Assembly: GCA_017962235.1 (NCBI GenBank) | Contig: JAGCVS010000013.1 | Coordinates: 54,418 to 118,417 of the forward strand | Source: Bacteroidales bacterium | GTDB taxonomy: Bacteria > Bacteroidota > Bacteroidia > Bacteroidales > UBA932 | DNA length: 64,000 nucleotides | Reading direction: 5' to 3' | Shown: piece after piece, positions 41,555-52,602 of the stretch | How the letters are laid out: the number at the start of each line of letters is the position of its first letter | Numbering within the stretch: the first letter of the stretch is position 1 | Notes under the pieces: model-generated | What the model was told of the DNA's origin: nothing | The model's database searches: none | The model's input: the letters and a program-made list of their open reading frames with translations, nothing else | Position numbers and translations under genes: made by a program

Positions 41555-42165
41555 AAAAGGCCGTTCAGCTGGGCGTCTATCAGGTCGCAGACGGTGCTCA
41601 GGTCGGCAGGATTCTCTTCAAAATCGTACTTATCCACATCCAGGATAAGCAGTTTGCCGTCGGTATAATTCTCAATCCACTTCTCGTAGCGGTCGTGCAG
41701 ACCCTTGAGATAGTCTATGCGGATGCTGTTTTCATATTCGCGGCCCCGCTTCTGGATCTTGGCCACCACGTTGGGGATGGAGCTGCGCAGATAAATGAGC
41801 AGGTCCGGCGCCTTCACCAGCGATATCATCAGGCTGAAAAGGTCCTTGTAATTCTCAAAGTCGCGGGTGGTCATAAGCCCCATGTCGTGCAGGTTGGGGG
41901 CGAATATGTTCGCATCCTCATAAATGGTGCGGTCCTGCACAATCACATCGCTGCTGCGGCTTATCTCCACTATATCGCGGAAACGCTTGTTCAGGAAATA
42001 TATCTGCAGGTTGAACGACCAGCGCTCCATATCCTCATAGAAATCTGCCAGATAGGGGTTGTGGTCTACCGGTTCAAACCTCGGGGTCCAGTTGTAATGC
42101 TGGCAGAGCAGTCTTGTGAGAGTGGTCTTGCCGCTGCCTATGTTCCCTGCAATCGCGATGTGCAT
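41551..42165 (-). CDS. Deoxynucleoside kinase (dCK/dGK family)
   Basis: 204 aa. P-loop IAGNIGSGKTT and a DR-type motif VQDRTIYED. Confidence 0.85.
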   Translation of the reverse strand: MHIAIAGNIGSGKTTLTRLLCQHYNWTPRFEPVDHNPYLADFYEDMERWSFNLQIYFLNKRFRDIVEISRSSDVIVQDRTIYEDANIFAPNLHDMGLMTTRDFENYKDLFSLMISLVKAPDLLIYLRSSIPNVVAKIQKRGREYENSIRIDYLKGLHDRYEKWIENYTDGKLLILDVDKYDFEENPADLSTVCDLIDAQLNGLF

Positions 42166-42222
42166 AATCTCAGTTTTTATGGATTCTTACAAATTTAGCA
42201 AAAGACTTTGTAATTTTGTGGT

Positions 42223-42852
42223 ATGATAAAAGTTTTTTACTTCAATCCGCTGAGGGAGTGCACATACGTCGTTTGGAACGATGAGCGCCAGGGTGTAATA
42301 ATAGACCCGGGCGCAATCACGGTGCGTGAGCAGCAGCGGCTGGCAGATTTTGTGGAGGCGGAAGGGCTGCAGGTGAAGGCGATACTGCTCACCCACGGCC
42401 ATTTTGACCACGTGTTCGGGCTGAAGGATGCCGCCGCAAGATGGGATGTGCCGGTGTATATGCACCACAAGGACCAGTCGGTGTTCGAAGGCTCGGTGGA
42501 CTTCAGCAAGATGCTGGGGCTGCCGTACGAGCCGTATGAGGGGCCGATTCTGGACATACTGCGGTGCGCAGAGGCGATGCCTCAGGGGTTGGAGTTCGAG
42601 GTGCTGGAGACCCCGGGCCACACCCAGGGGTGCGTGTGCCTCTACTTGCCGCAGGATAAGCTGATGTTTTGCGGCGACACCATCTTCTGCGGCTCCGTGG
42701 GGCGTACCGACCATCCCGGCGGCGACCATTACCAGATGATAGAGAGCATCCGGCGGGAGATCCTGCCGCTGCCGCGCGAAACCCGTCTGCTCCCCGGCCA
42801 CGGCCACGAAACCACCATCGGTGACGAAATAGATATGAATCCGTTCCTGTAG
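42223..42852 (+). CDS. MBL-fold metallo-hydrolase (glyoxalase II-like)
   Basis: 209 aa. [11 protein letters not shown] (HxHxDH) and the downstream TPGHT and PGHG ligand contexts. Confidence 0.85.
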   Translation: MIKVFYFNPLRECTYVVWNDERQGVIIDPGAITVREQQRLADFVEAEGLQVKAILLTHGHFDHVFGLKDAAARWDVPVYMHHKDQSVFEGSVDFSKMLGLPYEPYEGPILDILRCAEAMPQGLEFEVLETPGHTQGCVCLYLPQDKLMFCGDTIFCGSVGRTDHPGGDHYQMIESIRREILPLPRETRLLPGHGHETTIGDEIDMNPFL

Positions 42853-45651
42853 ATGGATACAATTGATATCATAGGCGCAAGGGCGCACAACCTCAAGAAC
42901 ATCTCGCTCTCCATTCCGCGGGATGCGCTGGTGGTTGTGACCGGCGTGAGCGGAAGCGGCAAGAGCTCGCTGGCCTTTGATACCATCTATGCGGAGGGGC
43001 AGCGCAGATATGTGGACACCCTGAACACCTATGCGCGGCAGTTCATGGGGATGCTGGAGCGTCCAGATGTAGACGATATCCGCGGCCTGAGCCCCATACT
43101 GGCGATAGAACAGAAGACCACCGCCCGCAACCCCCGATCCACCATCGGCACGGTAACGGAGATATACGACTTCTTCCGCCTGCTGTACGCCCGCGCCGCG
43201 CAGGCCTATTCGCCCGCGACAGGCAAGGAGATGGTGCGCTACACCGATGCGATGATTGTGGACCTGATACAGAGCGAATACGCGGGGCAGAAGATACTGC
43301 TGCTGGCGCCGCTGGTGTCGGGCCGCAAGGGGCATTACAAAGAGCTGTTCGAACGCCTTGTAAAAAAAGGATACACGCAGGTACTGGTAGACGACCAGCT
43401 GTGCGACCTGGCCACTATAGAGCCGCTGGACCGATACAAGACCCACTTCATCTATCTGGTGGTGGACAAGCTGCTGCCGGGGGATGGGAGCCAGATGCGC
43501 GTGTCGCAGTCGGTGGCCACAGCGCTGAACCAGGGCAAGGGGAGCATCGCCATAATGCCGTACGGCGGAGGTCCGCTGCGGTTCCTCAGCAAAAACTTCG
43601 TATGTCCCGACACCGGGATGTCGCTGGGGGTGCCGGCGCCGCACACCTTCTCTTTCAATTCTCCGCAGGGGGCGTGTCCGCACTGCGGCGGTCTGGGGAA
43701 GATTGTCAGCATGGATTTCGAGAAGATAATCCCTGACAAGCATCGCTCCATCGCGGCGGGCGGCATCGCACCGCTGGGCGCGTACCGCAAGAACAACGTC
43801 TTTGAGATAATAGAGGCCATCGCCAAGAAATACGATTTTTCACTCAACGCCCCCATCAGCGATATACCTGAGGAGGCGATGAGTGTGCTGCTGTACGGCT
43901 CGGAGGAGCTGTTCCGGGTGGGCAGTGGCTCTGAGCAGCAGATGGTAAGCTTTGAGGGTATCATCCCCCGCACCATGGCCACCGGAGACGAGAGCGACGA
44001 GGTGCTGGCCCGCAAAGAGCGGTTCATGGAGACCACCGTATGCCCGGTGTGCGGCGGGACGCGCCTGAAACAGGAATCGCTCTGCTTCAAGATAGCCGGG
44101 TTGAACATCGCGGAGGTGGCCTCCATGGATATCGACGCCCTTTACGACTGGGTCAAGGGGCTGCCGGCGCTGCTCTCGGAGCGGCAGAACCTGATAGCAG
44201 CAGCGCTGCTCAAGGAGATTGGCGACAGGGTAAGGTTCCTCAAGGCAGTGGGGCTGGGATACCTCTCGCTGGACCGTCCCACGGCGACCCTCTCCGGCGG
44301 AGAGAGCCAGCGAATCAGGCTGGCGACCCAGATTGGCAGCAAGCTGGTAAACGTGCTCTACATTCTGGACGAGCCCAGCATAGGGCTGCACCAGAGGGAT
44401 AACGACAAGCTGATAGATTCGCTCAAGACGCTCCGCGACGAGGGGAACTCCGTGCTGGTGGTGGAGCACGACCGCGAGATAATGGAGCAGGCTGACTGGC
44501 TGGTGGATATCGGCCCCGGAGCGGGAGATCTGGGCGGCGAACTGCTTTACAACGGCTCTCCTGCCGATATTTCAAAGGCGCCCGCGACCCCCACGCTGGA
44601 TTATCTGCTGGGCCGGCGCGCCATAGATGTGCCGGCGGTGCGGCGTCCCGGCAACGGAGCGTTCCTTACTCTCACCGGCGCCCGCGGTAACAACCTGAAG
44701 GATGTCACCCTCAAGCTCCCGCTCGGCTGCCTTATAGGGGTGAGCGGGGTCTCCGGCAGCGGCAAATCGTCGCTGGTGAGCGAGACGCTGATGCCCATCC
44801 TCAGCAACAAACTGTACCGCTCGCGCTACCCGGTGCTGCCGTACAGCACTCTGGAGGGGCTTGAGAATATCGATAAAGTGATTGAGGTGGACCAGCAGCC
44901 CATCGGGCGCTCTCCCCGCAGCAATCCCGCCACTTACATAAACGTATTCACAGCCATCCGCGAACTGTTCGGCGCCACACCGGACGCCAAGATACGCGGC
45001 TTCAAGGCGGGCCGCTTCTCCTTCAACACCGTGGGAGGCCGCTGCGAGACCTGCAAGGGAGCCGGTGTGCAACAGATAGAGATGCGATTCCTGCCCCCCG
45101 CTCACGTCACCTGCAAGGAGTGCGGCGGCAAGCGCTACAAGCCCGACACGCTGGCGGTGCGCTACAAGGGGAAGAACATAAACGATGTGTTGGAGATGAC
45201 CGTCTCACAGGCCTGCGAGTTCTTCCACAGCCACCCGATGATTTACCCCAAGCTGAAAGCGATGGAAGATGTGGGGCTGGGATACGTAAAACTGGGGCAG
45301 CCCTCCACCACTTTGTCCGGCGGCGAAAGTCAGCGCGTGAAACTGGCGGCGGAACTCAGCCGCAAGAGCACCGGCAGCACCCTCTACCTGCTGGACGAGC
45401 CCACCACCGGCCTCCATTTTGACGATATCAAACGGCTCATGGATGTGCTGGACAAGATTGTGGAGCAGGGTAACACCGTGATAATCATAGAGCACAATCT
45501 GGACGTGCTCAAATGCGTGGACTATCTGGTGGACATGGGCCCCGAGGGGGGATCCGCCGGCGGCAACATAGTGTGCGCCGGAACCCCGGAAGAGGTCTCC
45601 CGCTGCAAAGAATCCTACACCGGAGGATATCTAAAGAAGGTGCTGGGGTAG
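42853..45651 (+). CDS. uvrA: Excinuclease ABC subunit A
   Basis: 932 aa. Two ABC modules (GVSGSGKSS occurs twice), zinc modules CPHCGGLG / CPVCGG / CETCKGAG...CKECGGKRY, and LSGGESQR signatures. Confidence 0.95.
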   Translation: MDTIDIIGARAHNLKNISLSIPRDALVVVTGVSGSGKSSLAFDTIYAEGQRRYVDTLNTYARQFMGMLERPDVDDIRGLSPILAIEQKTTARNPRSTIGTVTEIYDFFRLLYARAAQAYSPATGKEMVRYTDAMIVDLIQSEYAGQKILLLAPLVSGRKGHYKELFERLVKKGYTQVLVDDQLCDLATIEPLDRYKTHFIYLVVDKLLPGDGSQMRVSQSVATALNQGKGSIAIMPYGGGPLRFLSKNFVCPDTGMSLGVPAPHTFSFNSPQGACPHCGGLGKIVSMDFEKIIPDKHRSIAAGGIAPLGAYRKNNVFEIIEAIAKKYDFSLNAPISDIPEEAMSVLLYGSEELFRVGSGSEQQMVSFEGIIPRTMATGDESDEVLARKERFMETTVCPVCGGTRLKQESLCFKIAGLNIAEVASMDIDALYDWVKGLPALLSERQNLIAAALLKEIGDRVRFLKAVGLGYLSLDRPTATLSGGESQRIRLATQIGSKLVNVLYILDEPSIGLHQRDNDKLIDSLKTLRDEGNSVLVVEHDREIMEQADWLVDIGPGAGDLGGELLYNGSPADISKAPATPTLDYLLGRRAIDVPAVRRPGNGAFLTLTGARGNNLKDVTLKLPLGCLIGVSGVSGSGKSSLVSETLMPILSNKLYRSRYPVLPYSTLEGLENIDKVIEVDQQPIGRSPRSNPATYINVFTAIRELFGATPDAKIRGFKAGRFSFNTVGGRCETCKGAGVQQIEMRFLPPAHVTCKECGGKRYKPDTLAVRYKGKNINDVLEMTVSQACEFFHSHPMIYPKLKAMEDVGLGYVKLGQPSTTLSGGESQRVKLAAELSRKSTGSTLYLLDEPTTGLHFDDIKRLMDVLDKIVEQGNTVIIIEHNLDVLKCVDYLVDMGPEGGSAGGNIVCAGTPEEVSRCKESYTGGYLKKVLG

Positions 45652-45654
45652 CCC

Positions 45655-46905
45655 TTACATTGACTGCTTGATGCCGGCAAACAGGATTGCGCCTGTGCTG
45701 CGCTCACTTATGAAATAGAGGAATGGGCGGTCTGCCTTGAAGTAGAAGATGTCGCTGCTGGGCGCCACGGAGGTAAGCTTCATGCCCACATAGGTCACGG
45801 CCGCTGCCTCGGTGCCCTCTTCGTCTACCTTGATCTTGGCTTTGTGACGGACCTCGTCTATGCAGAGCGGGGTGTCGCTCATGGCAGAGAAATCAGCCGC
45901 ACCGGTGAATGCGAGCTTCATACCCATGTCCTTCAGGATATCTATACACAGCTGCTCTGCGGCATATTCCTGCTCAAACTTGGGCATGGAGAAATGGGTC
46001 TCGTATGTGTAGCCGTCGTACAGGTATTGCACCCAATGGTCCCTGTCCAGAGTGGCCAGAACCTTCTCTACAGTGACACCGCTGCGGGGAACCACAATGG
46101 TCATGGAGAATGCTTCGTTGCCGTAGGGGATGCTCATGGCCTCTGCATACTCGTCGCTATATACGCGAGCGTTGCTGAAGGTGCGGTTCATGAACATCGT
46201 CTTTTTGGTGCTGCCGTTCCAGTTAGTGAACTTATCTTCCTTGCTCAGGTTCTTGTCGAACGGTTTTGCCCAGGTGCCCTTGAAATAGATGGCGTTCAGC
46301 AGGCTGGCCATCACATCGCCGTCTATCTCGTCCACAATCTTGTCTATCATGCCGCGGGTGCGGTCTTTGCACCAGCCGTTGATCTCTGCAGCCGCCTGCT
46401 TGCCGTTGTCGGGCAGAGTGCGCACCTCTGCGAAGAAGCTGTCTTTGATATTGTTTATGTAATCGTCCTTAACAACGATGTATTTCTTTGACCAGAAGGA
46501 GTTTGCAATCTCAAAGGTGGTGGTGTTATCCACATTCTGCAGCGCCGGAATCAGAAAACTGTAGAACCCGCTCACGTCCGCTCTTGAGAAATCGTTGAAA
46601 GCCAGGGCGTTGTACATCTCTGTCTGAGTGTCGCCGTTAGCGCCTGCGGCCGCCATTGAAAGGGCCATCTGGATGCTGAACGGAGATACGAATATGTTCT
46701 TGCCCGCCTGCTCTTTGTTACATGCAGCCTTCAGAAAATCAAACGTGAATGCGTTTGCGTTGTAGCTGATCTGCTGCTGGACCTTGGTGAGGACGATATC
46801 CTCACGCTGCTTGGGCTGGTTGTTATCTTCCGGTTCTTCAGCGCACGAAAACATTACTGATAATGCCATTATTAAGATGTTGCAGATAATCATTGTCCTT
46901 TTCAT
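45655..46905 (-). CDS. Serpin-family protease inhibitor, predicted lipoprotein
   Basis: Start placed at ATG 46903-46905 (MKRTMIICNILIMALSVMFSC lipobox). Serpin hinge EEGTEAAAVT and the post-loop FKADRPFLYFI motif lie near the C-terminus. Confidence 0.85.
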   Translation of the reverse strand: MKRTMIICNILIMALSVMFSCAEEPEDNNQPKQREDIVLTKVQQQISYNANAFTFDFLKAACNKEQAGKNIFVSPFSIQMALSMAAAGANGDTQTEMYNALAFNDFSRADVSGFYSFLIPALQNVDNTTTFEIANSFWSKKYIVVKDDYINNIKDSFFAEVRTLPDNGKQAAAEINGWCKDRTRGMIDKIVDEIDGDVMASLLNAIYFKGTWAKPFDKNLSKEDKFTNWNGSTKKTMFMNRTFSNARVYSDEYAEAMSIPYGNEAFSMTIVVPRSGVTVEKVLATLDRDHWVQYLYDGYTYETHFSMPKFEQEYAAEQLCIDILKDMGMKLAFTGAADFSAMSDTPLCIDEVRHKAKIKVDEEGTEAAAVTYVGMKLTSVAPSSDIFYFKADRPFLYFISERSTGAILFAGIKQSM

Positions 46906-46984
46906 ATAACAGTTGACATTTACCGTATAAATGCAAAACTGTGCCAAAATTAACAAATTGCGGTTTATTTAGTACCTTAGCGGT

Positions 46985-49147
46985 ATGCATAGACACTACA
47001 TTATTCTGATACTTGCGCTGCTTGTCTGCGGCGCGTGCGCAAACCGCCCGGTTTCTTCCGGACACGTTGCGGCAGCCGGCCTTAGAACCGATTTGATGGA
47101 GATGACAGATCCGGCAGAGAGCGGAGACATTGCTCTTATAGCTTCCAGTAAACCGCAGTTTTCCTGGGTGGTACCCTCGGTTGGAGACAACACGCGGCAG
47201 GTGGCATACAAGATTGGTGTTTATGAGTGGGAAGATTATGCTGCTCAGAAAATGAAGGGACGGAGCGTCCCGGTATGGGACAGCGGCTGGGTAGAGAGCG
47301 ATACCAGCGTGGCCGTTCCATATCAGGGGCCGGAGCTCAAGCCGGACACGGAGTATTGCTGGACGGTGGAGTTGAAACTTTCCTCTATGAGTAAACGTTT
47401 AAAAACGTCTGAAAGCGTTTATAAACGTTTTAAAACGGATAAAACACTGGCGGAGTACGCCACGCCGTCTTATCCTCTGCTTACCAAAGAAGAGACCTGT
47501 GAGACGCCTGTGAACGGCATTTACGATTTCAAAAAGGCAGCGTTCGGCAAGTTGGTGCTGACTCTCAACGCAGCTAAAGATGACAACGTAACGGTGATTA
47601 TCGGCGAACGGCTCAAGGATGGTGTCATAGAGCACACCCCGCGCGTAAGTTCCGTGGTGTATGATGAGATTGACCTGCGAGTAAAGGAGGGAACGCATAC
47701 ATATCTCGTAGAGCCCAACTGCGATGCCCGCAACACCGGCCCAATGGCTGTGCCCCTGCCTGAATATGCCGGAGTGGTGGCGCCGTTCCGTTTCTGCTCC
47801 ATTTCAGGCGATGTAGAGCCGGTGAGCGTGAAGCGCATCAGCTATCATTATCCTTTCGATGCAAACGCTGCCAGCTTCCGCTGCAGCAACGATACCCTTA
47901 ACGCCATCTGGGACCTGTGCCACTACAGCCTGGAGCCGTGTTCGTTCCTCGGAATCTGGGTGGACGGCAACCGCGAGCGCATTCCGTATGAATACGACGC
48001 GCTCATTGCACAGCTGTGTCATTACGGCGGCGATGCTGAATATTCCATAGACCGCCGCACGCTGGAGTGGCTGCTGGAGAAGCCCACCTGGCCCACCGAG
48101 TGGATTCTCTACACCGTAGAAATCGCCTGGAACGATTATCTGTGGACAGGCGACAGCCGCGCCCTCAAAGCAAATTACGATATCCTCAAAGCCCACAGCC
48201 TGGACGCTCTGCGTAAGGCTAACGGCCTCATTTCCACAAAGCAGGGACAGACGCCGGAGTTCCTGGCCAGCATCAACCGCACCGGCGCTATCACCGATAT
48301 CGTGGACTGGCCGCACAACAAAATTGAGGACGACGGCTTTGTGTATACCGATTTCAATGCGGTAGTGAACGCCCTTTATTACCGCACTCTGCTGCGTCTT
48401 GGCGATATCGCTAGCGTACTTGCAAAGGAGAACGCGACTGGATATGCCCAGCTTACGGGCAACTATGCGGCAGATGCCGCAGGCTTCAAGACCGAGGCCG
48501 TAGAAACTCGCAATGCCTTCCGCAACGCCTTCTATGATGCCGCCTCGGGTCTTGTGCGCGACGGTATCAACACCGACCACGCTTCCCTGCATTCCAATAT
48601 GATGGCGATTCTGTGCGGCCTGCTGGAAGAAGATGAGATTCCTGCGGCTGCAGATTTTGTGGAGTCCCGCGGCCTGATGTGCAGCATCTTTGGCGCCCAC
48701 AACTTCCTGGAATCGCTCTATGCAGCCGGCCGGGGCAGCGCCGCCCTGAGGTTTATGACTAACGACAGCCTTCGCGGCTGGTTCAACGGTCTGCGTCTGG
48801 GCACGACCATCACACTGGAGGCCTGGGACGACAGTTTCAAGCCCAATCAGGACTGGAACCACATCGCCGGCGCAGCTCCGGGCAACGCCATCCCGTTCGG
48901 ACTGATGGGCGTCCGTCCCGTAGAACCCGGCTTCTCGCACGTGGAAATCCGTCCGCAGATCGGCAATCTCGAGTGGGCGGAGATGACCCTCCCCACCATC
49001 CGCGGCAGCATATCGGTATCCATCAGGGACGGAGAGATGAAGGTCACCATCCCCGCCAACATGACCGCCGACATCTGGCTGCCAAATAAGAATAACAAAA
49101 TGACCCGCGTCACAGTGGGGAGCGGGTCATATACGTATAAATACTGA
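46985..49147 (+). CDS. GH78-like alpha-L-rhamnosidase family lipoprotein
   Basis: 720 aa with a lipoprotein signal LLVCGAC. The N-terminal pattern SKPQFSWVV...QVAYKIGVY...VWDSGWVESDTSVAVPYQGPELKPDTEYCWTVEL is typical of Bac_rhamnosid_N. A six-hairpin region follows (RIPYEYDALIAQL..., TLEAWD). Confidence 0.75.
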   Translation: MHRHYIILILALLVCGACANRPVSSGHVAAAGLRTDLMEMTDPAESGDIALIASSKPQFSWVVPSVGDNTRQVAYKIGVYEWEDYAAQKMKGRSVPVWDSGWVESDTSVAVPYQGPELKPDTEYCWTVELKLSSMSKRLKTSESVYKRFKTDKTLAEYATPSYPLLTKEETCETPVNGIYDFKKAAFGKLVLTLNAAKDDNVTVIIGERLKDGVIEHTPRVSSVVYDEIDLRVKEGTHTYLVEPNCDARNTGPMAVPLPEYAGVVAPFRFCSISGDVEPVSVKRISYHYPFDANAASFRCSNDTLNAIWDLCHYSLEPCSFLGIWVDGNRERIPYEYDALIAQLCHYGGDAEYSIDRRTLEWLLEKPTWPTEWILYTVEIAWNDYLWTGDSRALKANYDILKAHSLDALRKANGLISTKQGQTPEFLASINRTGAITDIVDWPHNKIEDDGFVYTDFNAVVNALYYRTLLRLGDIASVLAKENATGYAQLTGNYAADAAGFKTEAVETRNAFRNAFYDAASGLVRDGINTDHASLHSNMMAILCGLLEEDEIPAAADFVESRGLMCSIFGAHNFLESLYAAGRGSAALRFMTNDSLRGWFNGLRLGTTITLEAWDDSFKPNQDWNHIAGAAPGNAIPFGLMGVRPVEPGFSHVEIRPQIGNLEWAEMTLPTIRGSISVSIRDGEMKVTIPANMTADIWLPNKNNKMTRVTVGSGSYTYKY

Positions 49148-49161
49148 TTTAATTCAGAATA

Positions 49162-50613
49162 TTACTCCGAGGTGAACGGGAGCAGGGGGAGGCGGTAGCT
49201 GTTCCAGAGGTGGCCGATGGAGAAATCGTGCCACAGGTAGCGTACGTACTTGGGTTCGGGAACCTCGGGAGCGGTGCAGCCGATGCTGTTGCCGTCGGTG
49301 CCGGTGATGGTGGCGGGATACCACACCTTGTCTTCTCCGGCAACCTCAAAGCCGGGAACACCCTTGAACTCCCAACCCATGTCGGAATGGATTCCGCCGC
49401 CGCAGTTGGAGAGATACACAATCGCATTAGGGCCACTGAAGGTGGCCTTTATCATATCGGGGAAAGCACTGCCAAAGCCCTTGAAACCGTACCAGTTTTC
49501 CAGTGCCAGATATGCCAGACGCTCGCCCACCTCGGCCTTCTTGCGGGGATGGATGATACCCTTTTCAAACTCGTACACCAAGTCGCAGGTGCCAATCATC
49601 GCGCAGTTGGGCACCAGAGTGGCGGCAGCCTTCTGACGGTCGCGAAGACGCGCTGCCAGACCCGAGTCGCCCTCCGCACTGTAGGGATGGGGGGCAATCT
49701 GAACATAGTAGAAGGGGAGGTCGCCGCGGCCAAAGAGCTCGCGCCATTTGGTTACCATAGCGGCCTGCAGTTGCGCATAGTCTTGTGTATAGATGGCTCC
49801 CACGTTGGAGCATCCCTGATACCAGGTGAAACCGTCTATGGTGTAATGACGCAGCGGGTATATCATCGCATTGTACATCAGCGTGCTGGTGTGCCAGGGG
49901 GTGGAGTCCTTGTTCTCACGGATATCCTTGTCCACATCCTCCGCCTTGATGCCGCCCTTTATCAGGCTCTCGCGGTCCATCCAGCACTCAATCATGGTGC
50001 CGCCCCAGCAGGGAACAACAAGACCCACGGGCACGCCCAAATCTTCTGAAAGCTGCCTGCCAAAGTAGAAGGCGGTGGCGCTGAACTCTGCGATATGGCC
50101 GCCGCTGGTGGTCCACCACTCGCCGGAGGCATCCTCCAGAGGTGTCTCAGAAGTTGCCTTTTTTATCATGACCATGCGAAGGCCGGGGTAGTGGCGCGCG
50201 TCGCGCATATCCTCGCCGCCGTTCTCAATCGGCTGGAAGCGCCAGCCGCCCATGGGCATCTCCATGTTGGACTGTCCGCTGCAGAGCCAGACCTCGCCGA
50301 TGAGCAGATTCTCCAGAGAAATATTCTCCTTGCCGCTGGCAACGGTCACGGTCTGCGGCTCGAACGATGCCGCCGGAGTGGCCACAGCCACCTTCCAGAA
50401 GCCATCCTGGCCTGCCACAGCCTTGTAGCGCGCCTTGCTCCAGGATACCGTTACTTTTACAGTCGCGCCGGCATCGGCCCAACCCCAGATATTCGCGTCA
50501 GTTTTCTGCTGAAGCACCATGTTGTTGCCGAAGAAACCCGGCATCCGAAGTCCGTCCGCCCGGGCCACCATAAAGGCCAGCAGGCAGGAAATAATAAGAA
50601 TAATCCGTTTCAT
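49162..50613 (-). CDS. Sialate O-acetylesterase-like (SASA/DUF303) carbohydrate esterase
   Basis: 483 aa with a signal peptide. SGNH-type nucleophile block GEVWLCSGQSNMEMPM. Confidence 0.8.
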   Translation of the reverse strand: MKRIILIISCLLAFMVARADGLRMPGFFGNNMVLQQKTDANIWGWADAGATVKVTVSWSKARYKAVAGQDGFWKVAVATPAASFEPQTVTVASGKENISLENLLIGEVWLCSGQSNMEMPMGGWRFQPIENGGEDMRDARHYPGLRMVMIKKATSETPLEDASGEWWTTSGGHIAEFSATAFYFGRQLSEDLGVPVGLVVPCWGGTMIECWMDRESLIKGGIKAEDVDKDIRENKDSTPWHTSTLMYNAMIYPLRHYTIDGFTWYQGCSNVGAIYTQDYAQLQAAMVTKWRELFGRGDLPFYYVQIAPHPYSAEGDSGLAARLRDRQKAAATLVPNCAMIGTCDLVYEFEKGIIHPRKKAEVGERLAYLALENWYGFKGFGSAFPDMIKATFSGPNAIVYLSNCGGGIHSDMGWEFKGVPGFEVAGEDKVWYPATITGTDGNSIGCTAPEVPEPKYVRYLWHDFSIGHLWNSYRLPLLPFTSE

Positions 50614-50654
50614 ACATCAAAGTTAACCATATTATTTCTAAATTAGTTCCCGAT

Positions 50655-51992
50655 ATGAACAGGATACTTATTTTTTTGATGATTTCGCTGATGGCCACCA
50701 CCTGCCATCGCATCAATAATAAACCCAATCCGGAAGATCCGGAAGAAGTAGAGCTTGACGGGACATACACCCCGGTGAGCATACACCGCTCTGTGGATGC
50801 CGTGCAGCCCTCCACAGGCCTGGTGCTCTGGAGCGACAATGCCCGCAGCCGCAATGCCAAATACGGCGAAACCATTACCCTTGAGTATGCGTACTGTCTC
50901 CCCTGCAAGGTGGTAAAGGGAAAGAAAAACGATAAGATACAGTACGACTGGAGCTCCTTTGACAGCTGGCTGAACAGCGTGGCGTCGCGCAACCATCAGG
51001 CGGTGGTGCGCTTCCGCTACGAATACCCCGGTTCACGCGATGTGGACGGCCAGCCCGGCACCACCGCCGTCCCGGACTACATCAAGGCGCTGGAAGATTA
51101 CAACGAGACATATTACGACAACCCCGAAGACGGCCCCACCTGGTATGCAGACTGGAGCAACGCGGAACTGCAGTGGTTCACCAAGCAGTTCTACACCGAT
51201 TTCAACGAAGTTTACAAAAAGGATCAGCGCATAGCCTTTGTTGAGGTGGGATTCGGCCACTGGAGCGAATATCACATCTATGCCACTCCCCTCAAGCCTG
51301 GCCAAAACTTCCCCACCGCAGAATATCAGGCAGAATTCCTGACCCATCTGAATACCGCGCTGGAGATACCCTGGCTGATATCGATAGATGCAGCGGAAAA
51401 GTCTCCCATAGTGGACAACAGCAGTCTGATGGCCCTCACATTCGGCATGTTTGACGACAGTTTCATGCACAAGTCGCACGAGAAAGGCTACAACGAGGAG
51501 TGCTGGAACGCGCTGGGTAAGGGGACCCGCTGGCAAACCGGCGCGTGCGGCGGCGAGATAAGCTATTACACAGATAACGACCAGCGCAACTTCCTGAATC
51601 CGGAGGGGATGTACGGCGTCACCTGGGAGAAGGCCGCCTCCAAATATCACATCACCTTCATGATTGCCAACGATGCCCCCGGCAGCAAATACGGCACTGC
51701 AGACCGCTTCAAGGAGGCGGGAATGGTGTGCGGCTACAACTTCAAGCTCACCGGATTGTACGTTAACGGTAGCGGGACGGCCGTCAAGGTGACCAATACC
51801 GGCATCGCTCCAATCTATCGCGACGCTTATGTGGCAGTGGGCGGCGTGCGTGGCGAAACCTCCCTCAAGGGGCTGCTGCCCGGCAAGGAGAGGCTGGTGT
51901 TTGTGAAAAAGATAACCGACGGCACCGATGTCACCATAGTATCGGACTACATCCTGCCTACCCAGACAATTCAATTTGATGCGGACCTTTAG
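50655..51992 (+). CDS. Hypothetical lipoprotein, possibly a DUF4832-type glycoside-hydrolase-like protein
   Basis: 445 aa with a lipoprotein signal ISLMATTC. The family is recalled from overall pattern only (…VEVGFGHWSEYH…, C-terminal beta domain with GIAPIYRDAYV). Low certainty on function. Confidence 0.55.
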   Translation: MNRILIFLMISLMATTCHRINNKPNPEDPEEVELDGTYTPVSIHRSVDAVQPSTGLVLWSDNARSRNAKYGETITLEYAYCLPCKVVKGKKNDKIQYDWSSFDSWLNSVASRNHQAVVRFRYEYPGSRDVDGQPGTTAVPDYIKALEDYNETYYDNPEDGPTWYADWSNAELQWFTKQFYTDFNEVYKKDQRIAFVEVGFGHWSEYHIYATPLKPGQNFPTAEYQAEFLTHLNTALEIPWLISIDAAEKSPIVDNSSLMALTFGMFDDSFMHKSHEKGYNEECWNALGKGTRWQTGACGGEISYYTDNDQRNFLNPEGMYGVTWEKAASKYHITFMIANDAPGSKYGTADRFKEAGMVCGYNFKLTGLYVNGSGTAVKVTNTGIAPIYRDAYVAVGGVRGETSLKGLLPGKERLVFVKKITDGTDVTIVSDYILPTQTIQFDADL

Positions 51993-52602
51993 AACGATAA
52001 TGATTGCTGCGGCACTCTTTGTGGCCGCAGCCGCACAGGCACAGCCCGCGGCGGTGGACATGGGCCTGAGCGTGAAATGGGCCAGCTGCAATTTGGGCGC
52101 GACAGCGCCTCACGAGAGCGGCGACTATTTTGCCTGGGGCGAGACACAACAGAAACAGACCTACGACCGGAACACATACGCCTTTAACGGCGACGGCCCC
52201 TACGGCTTTGTCAAATACAACGAACGCTTTATCCTGAACCGTCAGCTGGATGCGGAAGACGATGTGGTGCAGGCGCGTCTGGGCGGCGGCTGGCGCACCC
52301 CTACCTTTACCGAGGCCAACGAGCTGGTGCACGAGTGCGACTGGACCTGGACTGAAAGCGACGGCGTACAGGGATACAGGATTGAAAGCAGGAAAAACGG
52401 CAACAGCATATTCCTGCCAGCAGCCGGCTATATGGAGGGTGACGAACTGAACTATCACGGCACCGCCGGCCGCTACTGGACTGCCACCCGCCATCCATAT
52501 CACCCGCAGTGCGCAATGAATATCTTCTTCAGCGAAGCATTCTACTACGCATATTTCTACGACCGCTTTCGCGGATACCCCGTCCGCCCGGTGTGCGAAT
52601 AA
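51979..52602 (+). CDS. Small secreted protein, DUF1566/FISUMP-like
   Basis: ATG 51979 (the track starts at TTG 51976). Signal peptide MRTFRTIMIAAALFVAAAAQA. Motifs LSVKWASCNLGA...GDYFAWGE and WRTPTFTEANEL are typical of this lectin-like fold. Confidence 0.6.
   Translation: MRTFRTIMIAAALFVAAAAQAQPAAVDMGLSVKWASCNLGATAPHESGDYFAWGETQQKQTYDRNTYAFNGDGPYGFVKYNERFILNRQLDAEDDVVQARLGGGWRTPTFTEANELVHECDWTWTESDGVQGYRIESRKNGNSIFLPAAGYMEGDELNYHGTAGRYWTATRHPYHPQCAMNIFFSEAFYYAYFYDRFRGYPVRPVCE

Noticed and set aside
42187-43743. 518-aa minus-strand ORF
   Set aside because: It is antisense to the MBL hydrolase and the 5' part of uvrA, both unambiguous. It is R/H/Q/L-rich with no domain signature.
47804-48940. 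378-aa minus-strand ORF
   Set aside because: It is antisense to the GH78-like gene and is low complexity and A/G/V/R-rich.
51033-52091. 352-aa minus-strand ORF
   Set aside because: It is antisense to the DUF4832-like and DUF1566-like genes, which have proper signal peptides and conserved blocks.
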